Of a DNA stretch of 64,000 nt, positions 40,160 through 52,363 are shown piece by piece. The position numbers were made by a program, and so were the translations under genes. Origin of the DNA: Gracilinanus agilis (taxonomy: Eukaryota); contig NC_058133.1 in the NCBI RefSeq assembly GCF_016433145.1, forward strand, positions 457,899,366-457,963,365, read 5' to 3'. Position 1 is the first letter of the stretch. Each line of letters begins with the position of its first letter. Under the pieces are notes generated by a model that was given only the letters and a program-made list of their open reading frames with translations, was not told the origin of the DNA and did not search any database.

Positions 40160-40520
40160 ATGACCTCTATATGGGTTCTCTGTCCATCAACAGAGATTAG
40201 AGCCTTTTGTCATCTAGTATGGTTCTTGTCTACTTCCTTCCAAAAATTGTGCACAGATCTGTACATGCTAGAGATCTTCTTTTACTATGTTAGGAATATC
40301 AATATCTTGATCTAGCCATCCTGTCATCATAATCTCATTTTATGCCCAATTCATCTCTTTTTGCATTCATACACATCTGATTACTAATTGCTCTTACTGT
40401 TTCATCAAAAGAAATAACTGCAGCCAACTTATCACATTCAACCAACATGGAATTCCATGACTCATAGCCATTACAGTATTACTTGGAGAATAATGGAGTT
40501 AAAACTCTAGGCTTTTCCAG
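40160..40520 (-). mobile_element. RTE LINE 3' end fossil
   Basis: Minus strand 'ttttaactccattattctccaagtaatactgtaatggctatgagtcatggaat...agaagatctctagcatg...gacaagaaccatactagatgacaaaaggc' resembles the marsupial RTE 3' end. Confidence 0.55.
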
Positions 40521-41612
40521 TAAGGAACAATCCATTATCAATAAAAGTGCCATGTGCTTTGTTAGATATAATCTAACCTATTCTTTAACCTAATCAACTT
40601 TCAGCTTGGTTCATAGTTCATGTGCAGATTTCATGCAAGATGCATGTACAGGCAGACCAACTCAGTAGGCTGCTCCTTCCATATGTTATACTCTGGGTAA
40701 CAAGCACTCTTCTTTTATTTGCTATTTCCTGTATAGATTTCTAGGTTGAGATTGATATCTTTAGCAAGACATGGATTTAAATGAGATGTCCCATAGTGTT
40801 CCAGAACTTAAAGCAATCAAACACAAAATTATTTGTAAGCAGGATCATCTAAAAATCTATTTGGACTTTAAACACAAGACTCATTTGAGGATATTAGCAA
40901 ATATCTGTAGTGATTATGTTTTCCTACTTTATGCTGCATTTATTCCATTAAATATACAGTCATTTAAAGTTTGCACAGGGCTTTATATGCATTAACTCAT
41001 TTGACATTCATTATCAGATGAGATCATTAAACAAAATTATTTCTGCAGTTTCATCAACAAATCTTGTATGATCTTAATACACACATAAGAAATAGCAAAT
41101 TTGAAAACCAAGACAAATGTTTTGTTTGGTCTTTATTTTGCTATCAACTCTAGATCTCTAACTATATGATTTTATATTCTCAATATAATTATATCAATTG
41201 TGTATTTGAAGACGAGGTTCATACCTGCATGCATTTTCATCTATAATGATAAGATAGAGCATAATTAAATAATAGAGAGCAAACTGGACTGAAATTTTAA
41301 AAAGTCTAATTCACTAAGGGTCATTTTATTGGCCTAAGAATAGTAATTTCTTTTTCCAGTTATGGTTATCACACAAATAAGGTGAGTTTTTTTTTTCCTT
41401 TTTAAAAAACACAATCCAATCAAACTCAAAACAGGCACTCACACACTATCACTCTCTCTCTCATCTTATTCACTGGTTTTGAGTAAGACTATTTCTTCAA
41501 TCTTCCCAACCTTTTCGAGCTCAAAATCTACAAAATTAAACCTAATCATGTTTAGTGATACTCATTGATCTAAAAATAAAGATCCTTTAGGGAAAAAAAT
41601 TTCAAATATTAC

Positions 41613-41725
41613 ATGTTCCGTGTTAATATGTTCTCATCAATATCCAGTCCAGCAAGCACCTCAATGGACTCATGATATTTTAGCCTCCATAACAGCTTAC
41701 AGTTGGCACATCCCAAATCTGCAAC
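41613..41725 (-). CDS. HENMT1: HENMT1 exon 4: VADLGCANCKLLWRLKYHESIEVLAGLDIDENILTRN(I)
   Basis: Acceptor 'ttttatttatag', donor GTAATA; 113 nt, phase 0 to 2; SAM-binding motif I (DLGC) and acidic motif II (GLDI). Missed by the ORF track. Confidence 0.95.
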
Positions 41726-44700
41726 CTATAAATAAAATGGAAAAGATAATAAACACATACTATCTCAAAAGATATTTCATATCAGATATTTTATCACAAA
41801 AATATGCTCAAGCATGAATTTAGGAGGTTCCTGGAAATAAGAACAGAATAAATTAGTTACATGGAAAGGCAGCAAGGTGTATGGGGATATGGCTGGACTT
41901 ACAGTCAGGTGTGGAAGACAACTTTCCCTTGTTCTGACATAGACCAATTGTGTGACTATAAGTAAGTCACTTAACCTCTGGGTCCCAGACAACTCTAAAT
42001 CTATCAGTTCTTCCCTCTATTGAAGCAGATCACAGTTCTGAACCACCTCTCCCCTAGATAATGACACTGTTAAAAACTTAATGAGGTCAAATAATTTTTA
42101 AAAACTGAATAAGAAAGTGGGCCATAGCATCAGAAAACAGGTATTTTTAAACATTTCATTGAATGGCTCAATAAATATTTCCCTGGTTTTATAGAGTACC
42201 TTCTTTGGTGACAAGTTCCCACGAACAACAAAAAGATCTTAATAGTAGAATGACTAATTTGAGTCTTCCATGTAAACAGAATCAATGTATCGATGTATTA
42301 CACTTTTATTATTACTTTGTAGATAGTTTAATATACTGTAGATAGTTTCTTAAGTAGAAACCTATCCTTCCTATTGTAAAAATACTATCAGTCTCACAGT
42401 AATGGCTCTTGCTGGTCTTTAGAAACATCTAATTTAAAGGAATGCAAATCATTCAATTGTCCTAAAAGAGCCATGGCATCAGCTGATCAAAACCTAACCC
42501 CAAAGGCTAGAGTATATCCTCAGTGCCTTAAGACCACACTATAAACTAAAACATTCAAAGAAAGTAACTGCCTTTTGAAGAAGAGATAAATTCTGTCAAT
42601 GTCTGTCATGTACCTAGTGCACTACTAACTCCTTCATCTGGAATAAACCACACATTTAATAGAAGCTCTCACATAGCTGTTTTCTCCACAAGATAGAGGT
42701 AGTTAGGTATAAGCTTAGGAGAAATGCAAAGGTCCTAAACTCTGTATCATAATTCTCTACTAGATATCTAAAAGCTCCAACTTTTTTCCTAACCTTAACT
42801 TTCTCTCTTAGTATCAACTTTAAGGAGAAGGGGAAAAGGGTTTACTTGCCCAGGGTCACACAGCTAGGAAGTGTCTGAGGCCAAATTTGAAACTAGGTCT
42901 GGCACTCTATCCATCTGCTACCTAGCTGCGACCTCCATCTTCTTTACTTAAGGGACTAATGCCTGTTAAAAAGCATACTAACGAATAAAATCCTAGAAAA
43001 GATGTCCATATTGATATCATTTCATCACCTTCCCAACTCACTTCTCCTTTAACTATTCAATTAAAATTGCTTTCTCCAAGATTACCAAGAAATCTCAATT
43101 GCCAAGTCCAGTGGTTTGGTTTTTTTTTCCCCGTATTCACCTGCTTCACTCAATGCTGATGCTCCCCATATTCTCTTTTCTCAGTGTTTTCATAAAACTG
43201 CTCTCTCCCAGTTCTCTTCTTACCTATCTGATTATGCCCAAGTCTCCTTTTTAGGATCATCACACATTTCCTGCCCCCTTTTCAGGTGACTGTTGGATGC
43301 TCTTCTTCACTGGCATCAAACTCAAACAGAAACCAGGCCACTAAATTAGACATAAGGATTTCTGCAGGCTGCCTGTTGACTTGGTCTTGAAATGTAAAAT
43401 TATCTCTAGTTTAGTATGATTTTTTCTAATTTCTCAATTACATTTTAACCAGGTTCTGATCTTGCTGGGGAGAGTTGTACAGTGAGCTGCATGTTTGACA
43501 TGTCCACTTTTCTTCCTTCTCTATATTTTCTCCAGGGAAGGGGGGAGGATCTCATTAGCTACCAGAGTGTAATCATCTTTTTGCAGATGAATTCCAAACC
43601 TATATACCCAGCCTGATGTCCAAAAGACATCTCAAATACATCCTATCTAAAATTGAACTCCTCTTTCCACTTCTCCCCTCATTTCCCCCCTCTAATTTCC
43701 CATTCTATTTGGAATTCAAGTTCTAAACTTTGGAATCATCCTTGATTCTTCCCTCTATTTCTCCACTCCTACTGTCAGTAAGTTGCTAAGTCTTATTGAT
43801 TTTTACTTCAGCAACAGCTTTTTCATCCCTCACCCTTTGCACACACACAGCCACCATCATAATTCAAGACCTTTTTGAAATCCCCTCTCCGCCTTGTTCT
43901 CTCTTTAGGATATATGCTACAAAATATTGAGATGTTCTTGGACTAATCAGAATAAGAAATCTTTATCAGTTTTTAATTATCAATTCTGAAACAAAGTCCA
44001 ACACTGAAATCTTTTTAAAAAATCATTCTTATCAAAGGCCTGCTCAATCTAAAGGGAAAGTTCTAGTTAACCAAGGAAGAACTGGTACCTAAAATGATTA
44101 ATGATCAGACTAAGAGTGAGAACAAGGTTTTAATTAGTGTACCTGACAGAAGTATCTAATGAATTTACCTTTGACCACCCTGAAAGAAGAGACCTTTGTA
44201 AAGAGTGGTTAAAAAATAAATGAATGGTTTTAGGAAAAAACTTTCCAGTGTGCATTAAAAGTTTAAGTGACTTTTATTAAAGTTCTGTTTGATGAGCAAA
44301 ATGTTAACTGAACTTTCGCAAAAGGTCTGCAACTATCTTTTTATCTTTTTTTTGTAGAACTTTGCCATTGTTTGGGAATACTGTTAAATACTGAGTGAAA
44401 ATAAATTTGTGAGGTCTTTAAAGATAGGATGAATTTCTGTTCCACTGGAGTTTCTTAAGCAGAGATATCTAGAATTAGAATTCAATTAATATATTTCTGT
44501 CAGGCTATGCCCAAAACCCATATTACAGTATTTTTCTTCAATATCCTCATCATTTTCTTACCTATATTATTACAGGAACCCTTAAATTGATCTCTCTGCT
44601 TCCAGTCTCTCCCCTCTACAATCCATGATCCAGAAAGCTGATAAATGAATTATTCTTATACCATATCACACTCCTGCTTAATAATCTCCAAGTGGCTTCC

Positions 44701-45034
44701 AAATGCCTCTTGAACGAAATACAAACTCCTCTGTGTGGCATTTAAAAGTCTTTCACAATGGTCCAGGCCATATTCCTAGAATTTTCCCTTCACACACTAT
44801 ATTCTAGCCAAATTCACCTACCTGCTATTTCCTGCACACAACATTCTACCTCCTGCCTTTTGCACAAGGTCTTCCTTGGCCAACATGCTCTTTTTTTTAC
44901 TACTATCTTTTGGAGTCTCTGCCTTCCATAAAACTTCAGCTTCCTTCCCACTTTCTTTATGTGCTCTTTTCTGATTCTATCTCCTCCATTAATATTTTCA
45001 CCCTGTCCCTCAAAAATACTGTTTTAGAGAAGAG

Positions 45035-45220
45035 GGACAGTGAAATGACTCAGTGGATAGAAAGCCAGGCCTAAAGACAGGAGGTCTTGAGTTCAAATCT
45101 GGCCTCAGACACTCCCTAGCTGTGTGGGCAAGTCAATTAACCCCATTGCCTGGCCTTACAACTCTATTGCCTTAGTGCTAATACACAGTATTGATTCCAA
45201 GATGGAAGGTAAAGGTATTA
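45035..45220 (+). mobile_element. Older opossum SINE (further copies at about 46780-46985, 42790-42930, 56530-56700, 60790-60900)
   Basis: SINE head with A/B-box-like motifs and 'gtattgattccaagatggaaggtaa' tail. Confidence 0.8.
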
Positions 45221-46147
45221 AATATATAAATATATATTATTTGGGATATATTTTGCATTTACACATCTGTAGCCATGTTGCTTTGCCTCAGTAGAATGTA
45301 AGTTCCTTAAAGGCAAGAGCTATTTCATTTTTGCATTCCCACAGTCTAGTACAGATCCTGGTACATAGCAGACAAATAATAAATGCTTACTGAATTGAAT
45401 CAAAAGATCCAAGAATACAAGTCAGCTATAGGATGGAAAGGCAAGCAAGAGACACTAGCTTCCTCAAGAAAAAGAACAAGGAGGTGCCGAGAGGAATCTG
45501 GGCAAAGCAGAGGAAAAAGAAAGTTAGCTGGTCACCACCCGTGCACATTGCACATACAGAACCTGAGAGGAATACTATTTTAAGATGTCTATTGCAAATC
45601 TTATTTATTATGAACAAAGCTGCTCTTATTAAACACAACTTTTTAAAACAAGTCAATTTCAACAGAAATATAGGTAAATAGAATTTTACTATAGAATTTG
45701 ATTAAGTACAATGGGCCCTAATCCATGACAATTTTACTACATTGACAATGCAATTGTGTATCAAATGCCTCAACCAATCCTAAATGCTATTAAGTAAAAA
45801 TCTAATTTCATTTATATTGGATAAGTGCTTAATTCAGTTAAATAAGCCTACCAACTTAAAAGCATTCCCTCAATACAGAAAAACCAAGTTGATAAAATTT
45901 TGGCCAAACTCTCTAAAGATGTTCAAACTGCAACATACTCGACTCAACTCAAACCTTTTCATGCACCTTTGTTCCAAGTGTTGTGCTAGGCCTGAGAGAT
46001 ACAAAGACAGAAAAAAACAACATTCAGTTAAATATAACAGTATTTTCTTTGGCTCCACCCACCCGCTCACCCATTTCTGAGATATATTCTGAAGAAAGCC
46101 TTCTTTATACATTTGAACATATTGAAAACAATGAAATAGCAACCAAC

Positions 46148-46276
46148 CTTTTGAGGTTTGTGTTTCCGTACAAAATCTAAAACAAACTTATGGCGCTGTT
46201 CAGATAATGAAGGTGTGAATTTAATATTCTCCTTTACTTGAACTCCTTGAACGTCTGAATCAACCATAACGTCACT
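46148..46276 (-). CDS. HENMT1: HENMT1 exon 3: SDVMVDSDVQGVQVKENIKFTPSLSEQRHKFVLDFVRKHKPQK
   Basis: Acceptor (t)n-ag at 46278-46277, donor GTTGGT; 129 nt = 43 codons, the same count as the recalled human segment CSSVV...EPKK; internal in-frame ATG at 46267. Confidence 0.92.
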
Positions 46277-46619
46277 CTAAAAAAAAAAAAAAGTTTCTCT
46301 AAATAATAGCTAATTTTTTTAACACTTCCCTCAGATGACTCCTAATTAGTTGTTTTTTTTTTTAAAACAGCTATATTATACCCACATACATGCCATTATT
46401 GGACAGAGTTTCCCAAAAGTTTTAGTGCATTTTAAAGCTATCATTAAATGCTAGCTTCTTAAAGCTAAAATTTTGGGACAACTCACATTACACTAAATAA
46501 CCCTTATTTTCCATCATAATATTTCCATCAATACTGTATATTGGTTCCATGGCAGAACATCAGTAAAGGTTAGGCAATGGGGGTTAACTGACTTGCCCTA
46601 TAACCACCACCTGTGTTAT

Positions 46620-47240
46620 ACTGTTATCAGCTGTTGTTAGTCCTTCATTTTTTGAAGAGGCCCAGGGACTATAATGAGTGATGTCTCGGAGTTGCATGTG
46701 GGTTGATTTTAAGACAGAGTTGCACAAAGTCGTCAGCCTCATTCTCTCTTCCAGAGAAATCAAAGTCCAATTGTAAGGGGGGAGGTTTTAGGTGGCTCAG
46801 TAGACTGGGAACCAGGCCCAGAGATGGAAGGTCATAGGTTCAAATTGAGCTCAAAACACACTTCCTTAGCTGTGTGATCCTGGACAAGTCACCTAATGCC
46901 CAATGCCTAGCTCTTACCACTCTTTTGCCTTAGAATAAATACTGTGCATCAGTTCCAAAGACAGAAAGTAAGGGTTTAAAAAAATGAGTAGCAAGACAAA
47001 ATCAGAACTGGCAATTGCCATGGATGCAGTGGATGACCTTGGGATAGACATTCCCCTTACCAAACAGATTTAAAGCCTATGGGCTATCCTCAAGATGGGT
47101 TAGCACTGAGAAAGCACTGTGGCCTATGCTGATGCTATAGCTTCTTGGAACCATAGAAGAAAAAGCTGCATGAAGGTGGACAAGTAACCCTGAAAAGAGG
47201 TGCTAGTCCTCCCTAAACACCCCATATACCCCACTTTGTA
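46620..47240. mobile_element. RTE-related element fragment with an inserted SINE (similar element at 56710-57630)
   Basis: 'gtccttcattttttgaagagg...gtcgtcagcctcattctctcttccagag...gaggtgctagtcctccctaaacaccccatatacccc'. Confidence 0.6.
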
Positions 47241-47890
47241 GGTGAAATTATACAGAAAAAAATTCCTAGCCTTAAAATTAGAGGATAAAGGTTCAAATCC
47301 AAGGATTCAAATGAATTTGGTAACCTAAGGAGTATTACCTAACCTCTCTAGGTCTTGGTTTCTTTAAAGCAAAAAAAGAACTGATCAACTTCTAACAAAG
47401 TTCCTTCTAGAACTAATTCTTAGTATCTTACACTCTGTCAAAGAACTTTCCTAGTACAGAAAAACCTAAAATAACAATTAATTCTGTCCAGAATGTCAGT
47501 GTGATTTTTTTTTTTAAATCACTGTATCTTCAAAGGATATCTTGAATTGTTTTTTTCTAAAGTGTCTTAAAATTCAATTTGTTGATCTATTTAGTTTAAA
47601 ATCAAACATTTTGTCAGCCTGGCCAGTGTACCTTTTCTATAACACACAGTTCTCATTTACCTGGCTTACAAGTCTAAAAATGATAGATTTCATCAGTTCT
47701 CTCTTTTTCATGAAATCTATATTGTATTTTATCTAAATATGCTGGCTCAAGAAAGGAGAGAATTCTATGGCAACGAGAGTACTGCTTTTTAAATTTGTGA
47801 CTTCTGAGTCAAATGTTCTTAAATGATGCTAACTATAAAGTTTTATATTTAATTTAGGTTTACCAAACAATAAACATTCAGTAGAATTAC

Positions 47891-47911
47891 CTGGTCCTTG
47901 AACTTTTCCAT
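47891..47911 (-). CDS. HENMT1: HENMT1 exon 2 coding part (start codon): MEKFKDQ
   Basis: gttATGg Kozak context, 21 nt then CAG|GTAATT donor, phase 0; same length and ME....Q pattern as human MEENNLQ. Confidence 0.75.
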
Positions 47912-47922
47912 AACAATTGTTT

Positions 47923-48098
47923 TTAATCACTATCTTCTGTCTTAGAATCAACACTAAGTATCAGTTCCAAGGCAGAAGGACTAGGCAATTGGGGACAAGT
48001 GACTTGTCCAGGGTCGGGTCACACGGTAAGAAAGTGTCTGAGGCCAGATTTAAATCCAGAACTCCAGACTCTATCCACTGAGCCCCAAAAGCTGCTCC
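47923..48098 (-). mobile_element. Older SINE abutting the HENMT1 start codon
   Basis: Minus strand 'ggagcagcttttggggctcagtggatagag...ttgattctaagacagaagatagtgattaaaaa'; flanked by an 11/14 direct repeat that contains the ATG. Confidence 0.85.
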
Positions 48099-48854
48099 CA
48101 TCATAATTTTTTAAAACCTAAGTCTTGTTAAGCAAAATCCTAGTAGCCTTTATATTCACTTCTCATTAATGGTATAATGTCATCATAAGTAAATCACAAA
48201 ATTGAGAAGGTAATTAAAACTCAGTGAAAGGGGACTTGGGATGGGATGGGGGGGATGGTTTAGATTTTACAACTTCTGAGCATCTCACTGGTCATTCTAA
48301 CTGAAAAGAAGCAATAAAGATGTAAAATAACAGACTGTAATCTGTGCAAAAGGTGCTTCTTTGTTTCTTTTCACCAACCTATTTTTTTAAAAAATGAGCA
48401 TCTCTACCACTGATCCTTACAATGCCAATCATATCTCTTTTTCAGATTTTTCCCTTTAAAACAGTATGACCTATCCACGAACTAAAAGAGTGCATCAGTT
48501 TTCTCTCCTGTAATGTTGGCTTTAGAAGGCATCTTGAAGGCCATCCACTCTAACAACTTCATTTTACAGAGGAAAGAAATTAAGAGCAAAGTTTATGCAA
48601 AGCCCCTAAGGCAATTTCCTAACTGATGTTATGGATATTCTTTAAAAAAAACAAACTGGCATGCTCATGTCAATCCACTAGCTTAATTCTGTAACTTTTG
48701 AGCACTGACCTCCATTTAAGTTGTACAGTTCTTATCGTAAGTGTAAGCCCAAGAATAGGTTCACCTAATGGCGCAAGTAATGCTCCTCTTCTACTCCACA
48801 CCCAGGCTTCGGGCCTTCTGCCTCTCACATGGGGCGTGCCAGGTCCTGACTCAC

Positions 48855-49080
48855 CTCTCTCGAGGAAGCAAGTGCCCTGCAGGGCCCCAAGATCATACCC
48901 CCCCACCCGCCAGGCCTCAGAGCTTCCAGGCTGCCTCCGCCCCCGCCCCCGCAGGCGCCCAATGGCCTCTCTCTCCAGGTCGGCCCTTCTAGGAGAGGAG
49001 GCTAACCCGCCCTAGCCTGCGGCTGCTGCTCCCGCGGCCACCACCAATGCCGCCTACTTCCGGCTTCCTGCCCCTACCGC
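48855..49080 (-). other. HENMT1: Predicted HENMT1 exon 1 (5' end approximate)
   Basis: Lies in the CpG island; consensus donor GAG|GTGAGT with GT at 48854-48853. Confidence 0.55.
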
Positions 49081-49400
49081 TCCCGCTTCCGGTGCGGCTC
49101 AGAGGCCCGCAAACCACGCGGTTTGGTTGAGATTGGGCATGCCCAGGTGTCGAGCCCTCACAGCTCTGCTCCCAACCGCCCTCGGGGATAAGGAGCCGGT
49201 GTGGGCCGGAAGACCTCGGGGTATAGGTAATTAGCTCTCCAGAGTTCCCGTACTTCGTGCTTCTAGGCTGCCTTGGTTGGAGGGGCAGCTGTAAATAGTA
49301 TGGGGCCCAGGCGGAGGCAAGGGGAGGTGCAGAGATTCAGAGTCAGGCCACAGCCCTCGCGGGAAGCCGCGAGAAAAGGTGTGCAAGACCCCTGTTCAGC
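48900..49400. promoter_or_regulatory. CpG-island promoter of HENMT1
   Basis: High GC and CpG in an otherwise CpG-poor window; GC boxes (ccccgcccc about 48941), ETS/GABPA-type cttccgg at about 49058 and 49087, E2F-like gcgggaa about 49359. Confidence 0.8.
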
Positions 49401-50152
49401 TTTCACGCAGGCAACTAAATAGCATTTTGGAAGGACCTACTTTGTGCCAAGCACAGGGTATACCAAGAAAAGCAAAAAAAAAATTGCCCCTGTCCACACG
49501 GTGCTCACCATCTAAAGTGGGCTGCCAGCAAGGGAATCCAAACAAGATAGAGACGGCATGAACTAGGGCTCGTCTCAGAGAGAAGGCCCCAAGGCCAAGG
49601 AGAAGGGGGAAAGGATTCTTGCAGAAGGGAGATGAGGAAGCCAGGAGGTGATAAGGGAGATTGTTCCAGCCTTGTTAAAACCGGATGAAATTCTGCAATC
49701 CTCTAAGGACCTAATATAAACAGAAGATACAAATGAGGACTCATTTGTCTCCTTGGCCTTCATGGAGCTTATGATAAGAGTGTAGTTTTATGGCTGTTTA
49801 AGGTTTGCCCAGAACTGATATCTAAAGAGTCTGAAGACTCACTAGTCTAGCTCTCTGCCCCCAAACGACTTTTGGGTGATCAGAACTGACCCAGATGGAT
49901 GCCTTTGCTCTTTCCCTCAGGTTTTCTTGAACATTACACAGCCCCTTCCCTCATTATCCTTTCCTTGTGGCCTCCCCCACACCCTCTGTTCTCAGTCCTC
50001 TGGCCCAGCACCAGCAGTTCAGAGCCTGTTTTCCCAGTTACACAGTTCAGAACTTTGCAGTGCTGGTGCTTCAGGGTTGCAACTCCCAGCAGGCTTTTGT
50101 GCCAGATTGGATGCTGAGGCCCAAGTAAATCTCTACAGCCTATACTCTGAAC

Positions 50153-50358
50153 CAGGGGCCAGCAATGTAGGGCTCTCTAGCCATATCTGGCTCTTTTGAG
50201 GGCCAGATATGGTTCTTTCTGCAGGAGCCATAAAGTCCATTTTTTTCAGGCACTGTTACAGGAACGCGCACTGTGAGCACTGTAGGACTCTCACGAAATT
50301 ACATTTTTAAAAATGTGGCATTTATGGCTCTCACGGCCAAAAAGGTTGCCAACCCCTG
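50153..50358. mobile_element. hAT MITE (206 bp)
   Basis: Perfect 8-bp TSD ctctgaac (50145-50152, 50359-50366); TIRs caggggccagcaa / ttgccaacccctg. Confidence 0.92.
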
Positions 50359-50366
50359 CTCTGAAC

Positions 50367-50710
50367 AATGCAATGATCTAGGACAATTCTGAAGGACTTA
50401 ACAGGGAGGAATGCTATCCACCTCCAGAGAAAGAACAGTTAGAGTCTAATGGATACTGATCAAAGCATACTATCTTTCACATCCCTGTTTTTATTTGGTT
50501 TTATTTGGGGGTTTTGGTTTTGTATGAGTGTACTCTTACAACAATGACCAATATGGGAGTGTGTTTTGTATAACAATATACATATGGCCCAGATCAAATT
50601 GCTTACCATCTCCAAGTGGGAGGAGGGAATGAGATGATTTGGATCTTATACTTTTGGAAAACATGTGTTGAAAATTATTATACATGTAATTGGGAAAATA
50701 AAGTATCTTT
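50367..50710 (+). mobile_element. Old L1 3'UTR fragment
   Basis: 'aatgcaatgatctaggacaattctgaaggac...atgctatccacctccagagaaagaac...tacatgtaattgggaaaataaa'. Confidence 0.7.
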
Positions 50711-51950
50711 GAATTTTAAAAAATGTTTAGGTAGGTCACAATGAAGAGCACTCCAAGTTTTCACTGAGGGACAATGTGATCTAGGCTTATGTGTGAATTT
50801 TAATCTATTATTTCTTTATTTTGAGGTCCTTGACATTTTTGTTATAGTTTTCACCATATTATTAAATAATTTTAAGTCTGTTCTCTCCTAGGGTCTGCTA
50901 GTGCACTCTCAGTGCTGGTAATGTGGAAGGTTGGTGAGAGGTGCTGAGTGAACTCAGTCAGTGAACATTATCATTTCATGGGTTTGGGTATTGTTTGGTT
51001 TTAACATTGTTTTGGATTCTGGGTGCCCTAGATCATGGAGATAGCTAAAGTTACTTTATCTTTGGGAGATAATTTCTGTTTTGGAGAAGTTTGAGAAGTC
51101 ATGGAGATCAGCAAAAATATTTAGTCCCCCATCTCTTGTTGTTTACTTTACCATCAATGATTGTCTCTTTTACTTCACACAATCACTACTTTAGTATAAA
51201 CTTACATCACTTCCTACCTGGACAATTGTAATAATCTACCAATTGATCTCCTTGCCTCAAATCTCTCCCCTTCGATCCATCTTCCATATACCTGCCAGAT
51301 TTTTTTAAAGTATAAGTCTGACAGTGACACTCCCTTCCTCAAAAAGTTCCAGAAACGGGCAATTTCCTCTAGAATCAAAATTCCTCTTAAAAAAAAAAAC
51401 AAACAAAAACAAGCTTCAAGACCTGGTCTCAACTTCCCTTTCTAGACTCATTACATATTAATAATAGCTAGTGTTTAAAAGGTGATGCTGGGCCTGGAGT
51501 CAAAAAGTCCTGAGTTAAAAAATTTGGCCTCAGACACTTACTAGCTGTATTCACCTAACCCTGTTTTTCTCATTTTCTCATCTGTCAAAGATGGAGAAGG
51601 AAATAACAAAACCAGTTGATTTGCCAAGGAAACTCCAAACACAGTCACTAAGAATCAGACATGACTGAAACAACAGAACAACAAAAGCATTTATATAGTG
51701 CACTAAGGTTTACAAAACATTACAAATATCTCATTTTATTCACATTACATCACTGAGAGATAGATATTATCATCCTCATTTTACAGATGAGGAAACTGAG
51801 TTAAAGAGAGATTAAGTGACTTGCCCAGTGGTAAATGCCTGAGGCCAAATTTGAATTTAGGCCTTCTTGACTCCAGGTTAAGCACCATATTCACTATGTC
51901 CCCTGGTTGCCACTGTTAGTCTCTTCTTCCCAGGCCCACTATGGTATAGC

Positions 51951-52363
51951 CAGCGATGGAGGACCTTTTTGAACTTTTTAGGGACCCCATGACAACCTGT
52001 CCCCAACTGTGTGCCCCATCCACCCCTGCCTACAGGGGGAGGGGCTGAGCTACATGGGGAGGTTCCAGTGCCCCACCCTTCCCTTGCCTTAGGGGGCGGT
52101 GGGGGAGGGCCAGGCTACCAGCTCTAGGGGCCTGCAGATTATGGCCCCTGCCACTGCAGGGGGCGGGGCAAGGCCATGCCTGGGCTGAGCTGAGCTGATC
52201 TGTGCTCAGCCCCTGTGATGGTAGAAACAGGCCAGAATGCCCCACTCCTGTCATTAGGGGACAGGGCCTGGCTCCCAGCTGGCCAAGCCAGGGGCTTACA
52301 TGTGCCCACAGAGAGGTCTCTGTGTGCCATCTTTGGCATATGTCCCATAGGTTCGCCACCATG
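51951..52363. mobile_element. hAT non-autonomous element (413 bp), GC-rich interior
   Basis: Perfect 8-bp TSD ggtatagc (51943-51950, 52364-52371); TIRs cagcgatggaggacct / aggttcgccaccatg. Confidence 0.88.

Noticed and set aside
41705-41719. SAM motif I reads DLGCA rather than DLGCG
   Set aside because: From memory non-mammalian HENMT1 orthologues also have DLGCA, so it is probably ancestral rather than inactivating; not verified.
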